Part shown: one piece after another, positions 16,153 to 25,632 of the stretch
Layout of the letters: the number at the start of each line of letters is the position of its first letter
How positions within the stretch are numbered: the stretch's first letter is position 1
Source of the DNA: a virus
Taxonomy: Duplodnaviria > Caudoviricetes
Length of the DNA stretch: 44,167 bases
Reading direction: 5' to 3' (one strand)
Virus record (IMG/VR): IMGVR_UViG_3300037423_000772
Location: 1-44,167 of that record
Position numbers and translations under genes: made by a program
The notes under the pieces: model-generated
What the model saw: only the letters and a program-made list of their open reading frames with translations
Database searches by the model: none
What the model was told of the DNA's origin: nothing

Positions 16153-18236
16153 TAGGCGTAGGTGTTCGTGCCGACGCCCGCAGAGGACGTGCCGTTTTTG
16201 AGGATGATGTCGCGATCGGACACGCCGCTCATGCCGGTGATGTCCGTACTCGTCCGGGTTTGCACGCCGTTGCGGTAGTAGTTCTGCGAGAACGTGTTGC
16301 CGGTGATCGTGGGCGTGCCGCCGTTGTTTCCGACGATGCCGGTCGCGCTGTTGTGCTTGATCGTGTTGGCGGTGATCGCCACGCCCGACGCCGGGCCTTC
16401 GATGACCAGGCCGTTGGAGTAGTTGTCACGCAACGTGTTGGTCTTGATCGTGACGCCCGAGATCGTGCCCGCGCCGCCGCGCTGTTCGATGTTCACCGCG
16501 TACCGGTTGCAGTGGTGGATGTCGTTGTCGCGGATGACCGTCCCGTTGGCGACGTTCCCGGCCTCCGGCTCGATGTCGATGCCGCACATCGGCGAGGTGC
16601 CGTGGATCGTGCCGATATAGGAAATCTCGTTATTGAAGATTTCGACGCCGGAGGTCGCCCACACCAGCGAAATGCCCTGCCGGCGGGAATAGCTCAGGTT
16701 GCAGTTCCAGATCTTCACGTCCGAGCTGCCGGAACCGGAGTAGCCGCCGATCGAGATGCAATCGCCCACGCACTTGGTGATCGTGATGTCGTGGATGGAC
16801 ACCGCCGAGGAGCCGTAGCAGGCGATGCCGTGGCCCCATTCGGAGGTCGTGCCCGTCTGCGGGACGAAGGTGTCGAGATCGCCCAGCAGCGTGCCGCCGG
16901 TCACTTCCACGTTCGACTTGCCGCGAATCCGCAGGATGTAGTCGTGGTCCTGGGTGTTCGTCTTGGCCTTGAGCGTCGCGCCCGACGCCAGCGACAGCAG
17001 CATGTTGGAGCGCAGCTCCAGCCCGCCGCCGTCCGTGAGCGTGGTGGTATCGATCAGATAGGTGCCGGCCGGGACGATGACCGTGCCGCCATCGCCCGGC
17101 AGCGCGTCGATCTTCGACTGGATATGCGCCGTGGCATCGGTGATGCCGTCGCCATACGTGCTGGAGACCGTGAGAACGGTCGTACCGCGCGTGCGCGGGG
17201 GCGGCGTGGTGTCGGTGCCGCCCACGGGCGGCGGCGTGGAGGACGTGCCGCCATCGGGCACATAGGGCGGCGGATCGGTCGGCGTTTCCCCGGTGCCGGC
17301 AAAGGACGCGCCAATCGCCGCGCCGGGCGTCTGCAACTGCCCGCCTGCGCCTACCGGGATCCACGGCTCGCCCCGGAAGTGCAGCGTGCGCTGCGCGCCC
17401 CAGAACGTCTCGCAGGAATTGTGCCCGGTGTAGTGCTTCCCGCACTGCCGGCGGATGCGGTAGGTATCGCCGTCCGCGATGTCCGAGACGGTTGGAAACT
17501 TGAGCGAAACCACACCCGCCGCGAACGTATCGACTTCGATCTGCTGGCCGACGTTGTCGCCCGTCAGCCATTCCAGGAGACCAGGCGCGAAGTAGTCGTC
17601 GTCCTGCGTCAGCGAGGTGTCGGTAAAGACGCGGTCGGATTCGGACACCGACACGACGACGCCATCGACCCACTCGTCCGTCAGGTCGAACCCACAGGGA
17701 TAGCGCTCATCCCCGACCTGGGAGCCGAACTTGGCGCGGCAGGTCAGCGAGTCCAGCTCGACGATGGACTGCTTGAGGAGCTGGGCCAGCGAGCGCAGCT
17801 CCATCACCGTCAGGCCGCCGACCTTCTGGCGGACTTCGCCAATCCGCCCCCCGGCGATGACTTCGGCCCCTTGGGAATGGTCGGCGTAGTTGATCCGCAG
17901 CACGCAGAACTTCACGCCGTCCAGCGCACCAGAATCGATCTGCTGCTGGGTGATGCCCTCCAGCGGGAAGCCGGCCACGGGGAGCAGCGTGTTGGCTTCC
18001 GAGTTGTCCACGGACAGGTCCGAGGATGACTGATAGGCCATCATCTCCATGCCCGTGCGGGCCTTGAAGGTGATGCTGCCGATCGCCACGGACGGCGTGT
18101 AGGTCACGTCCGCATCCAGCAGGGTGAAGCCGCGATAGGTGGCATCCGCCAACGGCCCGACCAGCAGCAGGTCGGTCATCGTCGTGCTGGATTGCGCCTT
18201 GTGGGCCTGGAGCGCAATCGAGATGCTCTTACTCAC
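16152..18236 (-). CDS. Baseplate hub (DUF2163/BR0599-like) fused to a C-terminal right-handed beta-helix domain
   Basis: CRAKFG...C and C-x8-C...HFRGEPWIP hub motifs, then a P/T linker, then pectin-lyase-like repeats; probable GTG start at 18236. Confidence 0.85.
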   Translation of the reverse strand: MSKSISIALQAHKAQSSTTMTDLLLVGPLADATYRGFTLLDADVTYTPSVAIGSITFKARTGMEMMAYQSSSDLSVDNSEANTLLPVAGFPLEGITQQQIDSGALDGVKFCVLRINYADHSQGAEVIAGGRIGEVRQKVGGLTVMELRSLAQLLKQSIVELDSLTCRAKFGSQVGDERYPCGFDLTDEWVDGVVVSVSESDRVFTDTSLTQDDDYFAPGLLEWLTGDNVGQQIEVDTFAAGVVSLKFPTVSDIADGDTYRIRRQCGKHYTGHNSCETFWGAQRTLHFRGEPWIPVGAGGQLQTPGAAIGASFAGTGETPTDPPPYVPDGGTSSTPPPVGGTDTTPPPRTRGTTVLTVSSTYGDGITDATAHIQSKIDALPGDGGTVIVPAGTYLIDTTTLTDGGGLELRSNMLLSLASGATLKAKTNTQDHDYILRIRGKSNVEVTGGTLLGDLDTFVPQTGTTSEWGHGIACYGSSAVSIHDITITKCVGDCISIGGYSGSGSSDVKIWNCNLSYSRRQGISLVWATSGVEIFNNEISYIGTIHGTSPMCGIDIEPEAGNVANGTVIRDNDIHHCNRYAVNIEQRGGAGTISGVTIKTNTLRDNYSNGLVIEGPASGVAITANTIKHNSATGIVGNNGGTPTITGNTFSQNYYRNGVQTRTSTDITGMSGVSDRDIILKNGTSSAGVGTNTYA

Positions 18237-18819
18237 CGAACACCTCGACCAGCTCGCACACCACTTCGGCGATGTCGCGATGGGGAAGTACGAACTCGAT
18301 GTCGTCCGAGGCGAAGCGCACGGGGACGTTGAACTCACCCGTCCACGTCAGCGCACCGCCGGCCCATGCCGTGGATGGGGTAAACAGCCCCGTAGCCTCA
18401 TCCAGCGTGCCGGCTTTGGCCACGCCGTCCTCGTAGACGGTGACGGTCGAAGCCACCGGCTTGGTGATCGTGCGGGTGTAGGTCTCCGACCCATACGTGT
18501 AGGTCTTGACCAACTGCACGGCGGTGGAGCCCGACGGGGCCGTGCCGAGCGTTTGCGCGGTGACGCTGTAGTCGTTCCAGTCCTTGAACAGCCACGAATA
18601 GAGCGAACCACGGGCCGCATGCGCGAGGTTCAGCAGCTCCGCGCGCATGGCCGGCGTCCAGCCCGCGGTGCGAGCGGTATAGCGGCGCTTGGGATTGAGC
18701 CAGTTGGCGTTGCGGCGCTCGTAGCCGGTTTTCAGCTCACGTACGCGCGTCGAAAACGACACGACAGCCGAGAACCCCACCTCTGCCTTCGCGGAGAGGC
18801 GGGTCGCAATGATCGTCAT
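18229..18819 (-). CDS. Distal tail protein (DUF2460/GTA-like)
   Basis: GYERRNANW, ARG...FKDWNDY and GEFNVPVRFASD motifs; directly after the tape measure gene. Confidence 0.85.
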   Translation of the reverse strand: MTIIATRLSAKAEVGFSAVVSFSTRVRELKTGYERRNANWLNPKRRYTARTAGWTPAMRAELLNLAHAARGSLYSWLFKDWNDYSVTAQTLGTAPSGSTAVQLVKTYTYGSETYTRTITKPVASTVTVYEDGVAKAGTLDEATGLFTPSTAWAGGALTWTGEFNVPVRFASDDIEFVLPHRDIAEVVCELVEVFGE

Positions 18820-18822
18820 GGG

Positions 18823-21360
18823 TTATCGGTTCCGAGCGGACGCGCGGTTCTGCGCGCGAGCCGTGGACTGCGCGAATTGGTCAGCGGTGCGGGAGTCGAT
18901 GCGGCCCTGCACGACCACGGTCTGGTTCACGACGGTCGGGCCAGTGCGGACAGGCTCGTTCGCCGCTTCCATGCGCACGCCGAGCTTCCCGTCCGGGCCG
19001 CGATGCAGCGGGATGATCGCTTCGGGGCCGGCTTCGCCCATCAGGCCCAAGCGACCGCCGGACATGCCAAAGTTGGTCGGCGAGGAAACAACGCCGCCAT
19101 AGGCGAACTTCTGCAAGCCGCCTTCAAATGCGCCGCCGTTGGCGTACCACTGTTCCCCGCCGCCTCCACCCGTGATCAGGCCAACAAGACCAGAGATCAA
19201 GCCGCCGCCCGAGGTGCCCGCGCCATTCGTGCCCTGCTGGCCGAACAGCTTTTGAATCCACTGATCGGCGATAGCCCTGGTGATCTGTCGGGCCAGCTCG
19301 TCGAAGAAGTCCTTAAGCGCATCCTTTGCGCTCTTGGCCCCGGTGACGAAATCGTAGAGCGCGTCCGACGCGCTGGAGCGGAAGTCGTCCATGATCTGGA
19401 CGCCCCTGCGCTCGTCTTCGTATGCCTGGTTGAGCGCCAGCAGGGCGTCGTGATTGCCCTTGATGCCCTGGCGCTCCAGCTCGCGCAGTTGGATGGCGGT
19501 CTCGCGTTCGGCATTGCTCTTGCCGAGCAAGTCCAGCTCGAAGCGCATGTCGTCCAGCAATGCGCCCATCGGGTCTTCCGCCCGCTTGGCTGCCTGCATG
19601 TCCGCGTCATAGGCGCGCGCCTCGGCTTGCAGCATCTTGGCGTGCTGTTCGGCGGAGGCTCCGGACTCCTTGGTCAACTCGTCAATCCGGCGCAGGGCGT
19701 CTTCATGGGCTGCCTGCGCGGCGGCGACGGGGCCGGAGAGCTGCCCAACCTCGACCGCGTAGCGCGCCTTGATGTCGTCCGTGGTCTTGTTGTATGCCTC
19801 GCCTTCGAGCTTCAGCGCGCCCGCCAAGTCCTCGTGGCTGCGCTTGCCCTTTTCCGCCGCCTGCTGGATCTCGCGCATGGTGCGCAGATGCTCGGACTCG
19901 GCCTTCTGAAGTGGTCCCTGCAACTCGGCGCGGAGGCTGCCCACCATGTCGTCGAAGCGATCCGAGGCGTTCTGGATCGCGCTGTCACTTTCTGCGCGCG
20001 GCTTGCGCGCCTTTGGTCCCTTCGGCAGGCTTTCGGCATAACGCGCGCGGGCATCCGCGATGGCCTTGTCGACCTCCGCCTCGGACTTGCCGGCCGCGAC
20101 GCCCTTCTCGCGGATCTTCTTGATCTCGTCTTCCAGGCGCTCTCGCTTGCTGAGGTTGCTCAGGGCGAGGGCGGCAAACTCCTTCTCCGCATCCATGCGC
20201 GCCCGCTCGGCGCTGCTGTCCACGATGCGGCCACCGGAGGCGGTGGCGAAGTTGAACGTGGAGGACGCCGCCGGCTGCGCGGCCGGGTTGCCCGCCGCGT
20301 TGCGCGTGGCCGAGCCCAGCATGACACCCACGTCCGCAATGCCCGGCAGGTGGGTGGCGGCCATGATGTCGGCGATCTTCTCGGCGGTCTGCTGGTGCCG
20401 TTGCAGGAAGCCCTGCACGGCCGTGTCCGCCTTGACGAAAAACTGCACCACCGCATCGCCGGCTTCAAGGATGCCGGACTTCATGTCGCGCCAAATCGCC
20501 GCGCCCGAGGCCAGGTTGTGTTCCAGCTCCGGTTCGCGGGTATTGATCGCGTCCGCGTACGCCTTGTAGGCAACGGCCGCCGCCTCGGCCGTCTTGCCCT
20601 GCGCCTCCAGTTTCTCGATGGTCCGAATCGTGGACTCGGTGAGAAAGTTGTTGACCGCGCCCGCTTCGTTAAGCTTGAGGATGTAGTCGGTCGGTGCTTC
20701 CTTGAGGCGCGCGAAGTCCTTGACCGTGTCCTCGGTGGCCTGCCCCGTGGCTTCCCGCATGTTGATAGCGGCACGCGCCACCAGCTCGATCTGGTCCGCC
20801 GTGAAACGCCCGGTGGACGCCACTTGTGCGAGGACTTCCGACGCCTGCCCGGTCGTGGCGCGCGTCGTGTTGTCCAGCTCCTCCGCCATGCTCCGCAACT
20901 GGCGGACGGTGAGGTTGGCTTGGTTGCCCGACAGGATCAGCGCGCGGCCGAGGCTGGCGGCCTGGTCTTCTGCTTGAACCATCGCCGCACTCAAGCCGAC
21001 GAAAGCGCCCGCCGCGAGCGTGAACGGGTTGATCCAGCCCGCGACGGACGAACCCACGGCACGCAAAGCGGGGCCAATACCGCCGAACATGTCCTTGATC
21101 TGGCCGCCCTGCTGGAGCAGGACTTGCAGCGGACGCTGCCCAGAGCCGAGCGCGGTCGCGATGTCGGTGAACTGCGCCGGCAGGTTGCGGGTGGCAAACT
21201 GCAATTCCTTCGCCGATTTGGCCGCCGTGTTCGCGCTCTTGCCGAACTTCTGCGTGGCCTGCTCAGCACGACCGCCCGACTGTTGCAGCTTGTCGAGGTC
21301 GTTGGCGGCTTCCTTGGCTCCCTGCGTGGTGACGCGGATGCCAAGCGATGCAATGTCCAC
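18823..21360 (-). CDS. Tail tape measure protein
   Basis: 845 aa, Ala-rich; QFTDIATAL.SGQ.PLQVLLQQGGQIKD and GEAGPEAIIPL motifs. Confidence 0.93.
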   Translation of the reverse strand: MDIASLGIRVTTQGAKEAANDLDKLQQSGGRAEQATQKFGKSANTAAKSAKELQFATRNLPAQFTDIATALGSGQRPLQVLLQQGGQIKDMFGGIGPALRAVGSSVAGWINPFTLAAGAFVGLSAAMVQAEDQAASLGRALILSGNQANLTVRQLRSMAEELDNTTRATTGQASEVLAQVASTGRFTADQIELVARAAINMREATGQATEDTVKDFARLKEAPTDYILKLNEAGAVNNFLTESTIRTIEKLEAQGKTAEAAAVAYKAYADAINTREPELEHNLASGAAIWRDMKSGILEAGDAVVQFFVKADTAVQGFLQRHQQTAEKIADIMAATHLPGIADVGVMLGSATRNAAGNPAAQPAASSTFNFATASGGRIVDSSAERARMDAEKEFAALALSNLSKRERLEDEIKKIREKGVAAGKSEAEVDKAIADARARYAESLPKGPKARKPRAESDSAIQNASDRFDDMVGSLRAELQGPLQKAESEHLRTMREIQQAAEKGKRSHEDLAGALKLEGEAYNKTTDDIKARYAVEVGQLSGPVAAAQAAHEDALRRIDELTKESGASAEQHAKMLQAEARAYDADMQAAKRAEDPMGALLDDMRFELDLLGKSNAERETAIQLRELERQGIKGNHDALLALNQAYEDERRGVQIMDDFRSSASDALYDFVTGAKSAKDALKDFFDELARQITRAIADQWIQKLFGQQGTNGAGTSGGGLISGLVGLITGGGGGEQWYANGGAFEGGLQKFAYGGVVSSPTNFGMSGGRLGLMGEAGPEAIIPLHRGPDGKLGVRMEAANEPVRTGPTVVNQTVVVQGRIDSRTADQFAQSTARAQNRASARNR

Positions 21361-21361
21361 C

Positions 21362-21682
21362 TTAGGTCGTCTCCTGCATCACGGTCAGTCCAGCGGCTTC
21401 CATCACGCGCACGTCCTCGAACACCGCACTCCATTCCTTGCGGGGGAGTCCGGTCATGCGGAACACGACGGGGAGGGATGTGTAGTCGAGTCCGGTTCTG
21501 CCGCTAAATCCCGTGCGCCATTGGGTCCACATGGCGATAAACACGTTCGCGGCAGATGCGTTCTCTGGCCAGATTTCGACTTCGCCATCGTCGAGGTCGT
21601 CAAGCGTCATGCCCAATGGAGCCAATTGCTCCGATGTCGGCATTGGCTTGCAGATCGCCTCGGCGATGGCCTTCAGTTTTTT
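21362..21682 (-). CDS. Tail assembly chaperone extension (gpT-like, reached by -1 frameshift)
   Basis: EIWPEN, TQWR...GLDY and VRVMEAAGL motifs; the frame is open across the slippery site. Confidence 0.8.
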   Translation of the reverse strand, partial: KKLKAIAEAICKPMPTSEQLAPLGMTLDDLDDGEVEIWPENASAANVFIAMWTQWRTGFSGRTGLDYTSLPVVFRMTGLPRKEWSAVFEDVRVMEAAGLTVMQETT

Positions 21683-21984
21683 GCGCGCGCTCCGCGCAGT
21701 TCGTCCAGATACGTCTTGAAGATCGCGTCCGCCGCGCCGAGGTAGACGCTGCACAGTCGCGCGATGTTCTCGTCGTTGAACTCGTCGTCCAGCTCCCACG
21801 CGGTTGCCATCGTGGGAATCAGCTCGACAAGCGGCCGTTCCTTGACCTCCTCCCACCACGTCTCCACTTCCGTGGCAGTGCGCCAGCGGAACGTGAACTC
21901 AACGGGCGTGACGGGTTTGCCGGGAACGGGAATCCCCACCTTCGCCTTGAAGGTGGGGTCCGGGGTCAGCCTAAGCTTCGCCAT
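21673..21984 (-). CDS. Tail assembly chaperone (gpG-like)
   Basis: PTFKAKVGIPVPG motif; ends at GCA AAA AAC TGA; lies between tail tube and tape measure genes. Confidence 0.88.
   Translation of the reverse strand: MAKLRLTPDPTFKAKVGIPVPGKPVTPVEFTFRWRTATEVETWWEEVKERPLVELIPTMATAWELDDEFNDENIARLCSVYLGAADAIFKTYLDELRGARAKN
21676..21682 (-). other. -1 ribosomal frameshift slippery site A AAA AAC
   Basis: X XXY YYZ heptamer immediately before the gpG stop. Confidence 0.85.
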
Positions 21985-21994
21985 GCGCTAGTCC

Positions 21995-22648
21995 TTACGA
22001 GGCGTAGCGGGTCGGATCGCCGACGAGCGAGAGCGAGATGCCCACGGTCATGGGCTGGTCGCGCGTCAGCGACGGCACGACGCTCATGCCGACGTAGCAG
22101 TAGTAGTAGAGCTTCGCGCCGTTGGAGAGGGTCAGCAGCACCGCACGCGGCACGCGATCATCGGCCGCCGCCTCGACGTAATCCCACCACGTGGCAGACG
22201 GATCGTAGGACGCCTGGAAGTTGATGCCCGCCGCCGAGATCGTGGTCGGGATGCGCGTATTGCGGTTGGCCTCCAGCGGAGCGCCTTCCCAGAACTGCTG
22301 CTCACCGCCCGAACCGTTCGGTTCGAGGATGCCGGTGATCTGCACCCAGCCGGTGACTTCCTTCACCGTGGACGCGCCCGCGCCTGCGGGGTACTTGGTG
22401 GTGGAGGTGGTGTTGATGCCTTCCAGGTCGAAGGTGTTGGTCGCAGCGTTGTCCACGCGGACCATGCGGCCTTCGAGATTGGCCCAACCCGACGCGGCCA
22501 CGGCGAGGATGTCGCCGTCCGTGTAGCCGTGCGCGGTGGCGGTCGCGACGCCAGGGTTGGCGTTGGTGATGCCGGAGACGGCCACGTCCGAGCCGAAACC
22601 GGTGGAGATCGAAATGGTGGAGCCGTTCGGCAGCGTGAAAGTTGCCAT
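21995..22648 (-). CDS. Major tail tube protein
   Basis: LPNGS, ITNANPGVAT and SGGEQQF motifs; position upstream of the chaperones. Confidence 0.88.
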   Translation of the reverse strand: MATFTLPNGSTISISTGFGSDVAVSGITNANPGVATATAHGYTDGDILAVAASGWANLEGRMVRVDNAATNTFDLEGINTTSTTKYPAGAGASTVKEVTGWVQITGILEPNGSGGEQQFWEGAPLEANRNTRIPTTISAAGINFQASYDPSATWWDYVEAAADDRVPRAVLLTLSNGAKLYYYCYVGMSVVPSLTRDQPMTVGISLSLVGDPTRYAS

Positions 22649-22669
22649 CTATGCGTTTCCTCTAGGCAT

Positions 22670-22690
22670 AAAAAAACCGCCCGGAGGCGG
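22670..22690 (-). terminator. Intrinsic terminator upstream of the tail tube gene
   Basis: CCGCC-TCCG-GGCGG followed by T7 on the - strand. Confidence 0.75.
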
Positions 22691-22719
22691 CGGATCACCA
22701 GCACGATGCTGGAATGGGG

Positions 22720-23127
22720 TCAGGCGTCGGCGCGGTACTGGAAACTGACCGGCAGGACGTAGCGGGTGTCACTCGCAAGTGCGGGGGCGATGCGGCAGGG
22801 CGTGGTCTGCTGCACCGTGATGGTGTTGGTGAGTTGCGTGTCCACGACGAACAGCGCGGCCAATTCGTCGGCCACGCCCATCGCCTCACCCGCGCCCTTG
22901 TTGAGCGGGGCAACGACGTTGACCTGGAACACGCCGACGTAGACGCGGGTAGCGCCCGCAAGGTCCGGCGCGTCCGTGTCCGCAGGCAGCAGGTACGCCC
23001 GCAGGTACAGCCCGGCCGGCTCGGTGAACGGAAGGTTCTCCCACGCGATCGACAGCGCAGGCGTGCGCGCATCCGCCCACGTCTTCAGCCGGCTTTCGTA
23101 GGCCGCGCGGATCAGCTTGTGGCTCAC
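22720..23127 (-). CDS. Tail terminator-like protein (DUF4128-like)
   Basis: IAWENLPF, GVFQVNV and PVSFQYRAD motifs; synteny. Confidence 0.8.
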   Translation of the reverse strand: MSHKLIRAAYESRLKTWADARTPALSIAWENLPFTEPAGLYLRAYLLPADTDAPDLAGATRVYVGVFQVNVVAPLNKGAGEAMGVADELAALFVVDTQLTNTITVQQTTPCRIAPALASDTRYVLPVSFQYRADA

Positions 23128-23567
23128 TTGACCTCCGCGACGGCACGCTCGATGAAGCCCTGGAACTCGGCAACCGTGATGCGCACCATGCCGGCCGGAG
23201 CCTGGCTGCTATGTCCTTCGTATTCGATCGTGCGCACGTAGGGGAGGCTGTTCATCACGTAGATGTCCGCCTGACCGTTCCATCCGGTGAGGATGTTGAT
23301 GCCGCGCTGGATGGTCGGGCCACCGGACTGGTCTCGCACGGGCGTGGTGGTGAGATCGGGTCCGCCGAAGGAGACGTTCCAGTTGCCGCGCAGCCGTCCG
23401 CCGACATAGCCCTTCGGTGGCTTGCTCTTCCACAGCGACGGATTGCCCACGGGCGTGCGCGAGACGACGGACGCGAGGATGTCCGCGCCAACCTTCTGCA
23501 CGACCTTCTCGACGTTGCCGCCGGCCTTGGCCACGAACTTGGCGATGTCCAGCGCGAACTCAGCCAC
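23124..23567 (-). CDS. HK97 gp10-like neck/tail completion protein
   Basis: TPV, GRLRGNW and NSLPY..IEYEGHSSQAPAGMVR motifs. Confidence 0.85.
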   Translation of the reverse strand: MAEFALDIAKFVAKAGGNVEKVVQKVGADILASVVSRTPVGNPSLWKSKPPKGYVGGRLRGNWNVSFGGPDLTTTPVRDQSGGPTIQRGINILTGWNGQADIYVMNSLPYVRTIEYEGHSSQAPAGMVRITVAEFQGFIERAVAEVK

Positions 23568-23913
23568 GAAGCTGCGCCTCGTACAACACGACGGTCCCCG
23601 CAGGACTTAGCGGCTTGACGGCCACCACCCGGTAATCCGCACCCTGCCACGCCAACAGGTCTCCCTGCTGAGGCTCTTGTTCGTTCGACAGATAGGCGAG
23701 CTGGTCGCCTTGCAGGATCAGCGTGCCGTCGATGTAGCTCTGGTCATACGCGAACACCGCCGCCGTGGTGGTCAGCGAGGTTTCGGTGACCGTATCGCTG
23801 CCGGTGCTGGGGTCGTAGCTGCCCGCACTTTGACGCTTGAGCGTGGCGGATGCCCCGAAGCGTTGCAGCAGGCGCAAGGCCGTGGCCGCGCTGTGGGCGT
23901 AATCGAAACTCAT
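23560..23913 (-). CDS. Head closure/head-tail joining protein
   Basis: YDPSTG and GTLILQGD motifs; synteny. Confidence 0.7.
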   Translation of the reverse strand: MSFDYAHSAATALRLLQRFGASATLKRQSAGSYDPSTGSDTVTETSLTTTAAVFAYDQSYIDGTLILQGDQLAYLSNEQEPQQGDLLAWQGADYRVVAVKPLSPAGTVVLYEAQLRG

Positions 23914-24431
23914 GCGCGGATCACTGCAACTGCGCCGTTCATCTTGAACAGAGGGGCCAGCATCCGTTCGACCAGCTCATAGCGGGTCGTCTGCCGCGCG
24001 CCGTCCGCGTAGGTCACGGAGAGCGGCCCCACGGTTTCCTGCTTCACCTGTGCGCCCGCATCGGCCAGCAGATCGGCTGACGACGCCCGCACGGCCAGTT
24101 CGGCACAGGCATTGGCCACGACGACCGGCACGGCGTTGTCCACGTAGTAGGCAGGCAGCGAGCTGTAGCCCGCCGTCGCTTGCTTGATTTCGACATAGGC
24201 GCGCGGCCAGTCCAGGGCCTGCGTGGTGCTGACGCGAATGCCGTCCCACCGCAGCGTGTAGGACGCCTGCATGTAGTCGGTCGCCCTGCGCAGCGCCTGT
24301 TCCTTCTGCGACGTGTTCAATGCGGCCCACGTCGCGTTGCCACGATTGGAAAAATAGGTGTCGGCGTCCGCGACGGAGATGTAGGACTCGGCGTCGGTCT
24401 TGCCCGTGCCGTCCTCGACAATCAGCGCCAT
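23910..24431 (-). CDS. Head-tail adaptor (DnaT-like annotation family)
   Basis: LIVEDGTG...ESYISVADADTY, QALDWPR and ETVGPLSVTY motifs. Confidence 0.8.
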   Translation of the reverse strand: MALIVEDGTGKTDAESYISVADADTYFSNRGNATWAALNTSQKEQALRRATDYMQASYTLRWDGIRVSTTQALDWPRAYVEIKQATAGYSSLPAYYVDNAVPVVVANACAELAVRASSADLLADAGAQVKQETVGPLSVTYADGARQTTRYELVERMLAPLFKMNGAVAVIRA

Positions 24432-24434
24432 GCG

Positions 24435-24581
24435 TCAGCCCTTCTTCGTGCGCCGGGGCTTTTGCTCCGGCTGTTTGGGCGCATAGATCGCATCCACGAT
24501 GCGGTAGCCCTGCGCCAGCAATTCGGCTTTCCGCTCCGGCGATACCGGATGCGGTTCGTAGATCACGGGACGATCTTTCAT
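24435..24581 (-). CDS. Small conserved post-capsid protein
   Basis: YEPHPVSPERKAEL..QGYRIVDA motif, directly after the major capsid gene. Confidence 0.65.
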   Translation of the reverse strand: MKDRPVIYEPHPVSPERKAELLAQGYRIVDAIYAPKQPEQKPRRTKKG

Positions 24582-24584
24582 CGC

Positions 24585-24620
24585 AAAAGAGAGGGGGCCG
24601 AGTTGCCCCGGCCCCTCCTT
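24585..24620 (-). terminator. Hairpin/terminator after the major capsid gene
   Basis: GGAGGGGCCG...CGGCCCCCTC stem followed by TCTTTT. Confidence 0.6.
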
Positions 24621-24625
24621 TACGA

Positions 24626-25606
24626 TCAGTCGGTGACGATGGCGACGCCGGCCCAGTCCTTGAGGGACGTGAACGCGGTATCCCAGTTCGAGCCCGTGCC
24701 CACCGTGGCGTCGGCCGGGTTCGCGCCGCCGTTGGCGGTGTCCCACTTGAAGCCCTTGACGCCGAGGTTGTAGGCGTATTCGCCCTGCAACCGGACGACC
24801 AGGTTCTCCAGGCCGGTGACGATCTGCGCCTCCATCATCTCTTCCTCGGAGTTCTCCACCACCAGCGCATCGGCGGTCAGGCCGAGCGTGTAGTAGGCGT
24901 CCGGGGTGCCAGTGACGATGAGGTCCGCGCAGTCGGTCACGATCACCGGACGGTTAAGCGTCTGCGGAGACGCCGCCGCCAGCACCGCGCCCGCCACGAC
25001 ATCACCCTGATTGGTCGGGTTGATCTGCGACTGCACCAGGTCGAAGTAGACCTTGGAGTGCATGACCCACGCCGAGATGCGGTTGGCCGCATCACCGAAC
25101 TTGGCGAGACCCGACACCAGCGCAGCGGTCGCCATCGTGCCGGTGGCCGAGTAGTCGTAGGTCACGCTCGACTGGTTGGCCAGCGCCGCACGACCCGCGC
25201 GGATAGCCGAGTTGAGCATGTCCACTTCCATCGCCTTGGCGATCTGCGTGCCGATGAGGAACGACAGCGAGTCCTCGCCGGCCGCCATCTGCACCTTGCG
25301 GAACGCATCGAGCGTCTGCGCCACCGGACCGACCTTGCGGTTCAGCTTGACGCTGATGATCTCGTCCATCGTCGCGGCCAGGTCGGTCGCGGCCGACACC
25401 GACGTGGTGTCACGGCGGCTCACCAGCGAGGAGATGTTCTTGAAGAACGACTCCTTCGCGTAGTCGCCACGACGCGAGGCGGTCGTGAGGCGGATCGCGC
25501 CGCCCGCCTTGTTGAAGTGGTCCGACGCCTGCGTCAGGCGCTCGACGATGCCGCCGCGCAGCTCGTCCTGATAAATCTTGAAATCCGATGCCTTACCGGT
25601 TGCCAT
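24626..25606 (-). CDS. Major capsid protein
   Basis: 326 aa after the scaffold gene; WVMHS, QGEY.YNLGVKGFKWD and NP...NW motifs of HK97-fold capsids. Confidence 0.88.
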   Translation of the reverse strand: MATGKASDFKIYQDELRGGIVERLTQASDHFNKAGGAIRLTTASRRGDYAKESFFKNISSLVSRRDTTSVSAATDLAATMDEIISVKLNRKVGPVAQTLDAFRKVQMAAGEDSLSFLIGTQIAKAMEVDMLNSAIRAGRAALANQSSVTYDYSATGTMATAALVSGLAKFGDAANRISAWVMHSKVYFDLVQSQINPTNQGDVVAGAVLAAASPQTLNRPVIVTDCADLIVTGTPDAYYTLGLTADALVVENSEEEMMEAQIVTGLENLVVRLQGEYAYNLGVKGFKWDTANGGANPADATVGTGSNWDTAFTSLKDWAGVAIVTD

Positions 25607-25632
25607 GGTGGTTCCTTAGGGGTTGGGCGGCT

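Noticed and set aside
18139-21507. 1122-aa + strand ORF, and similar long antisense ORFs (8457..10943, 11911..13278, 13615..15540, 16131..18029, 24320..25831, 28125..29372)
   Set aside because: They shadow well-supported genes, have no recognisable motifs, and are expected from high-GC codon bias.
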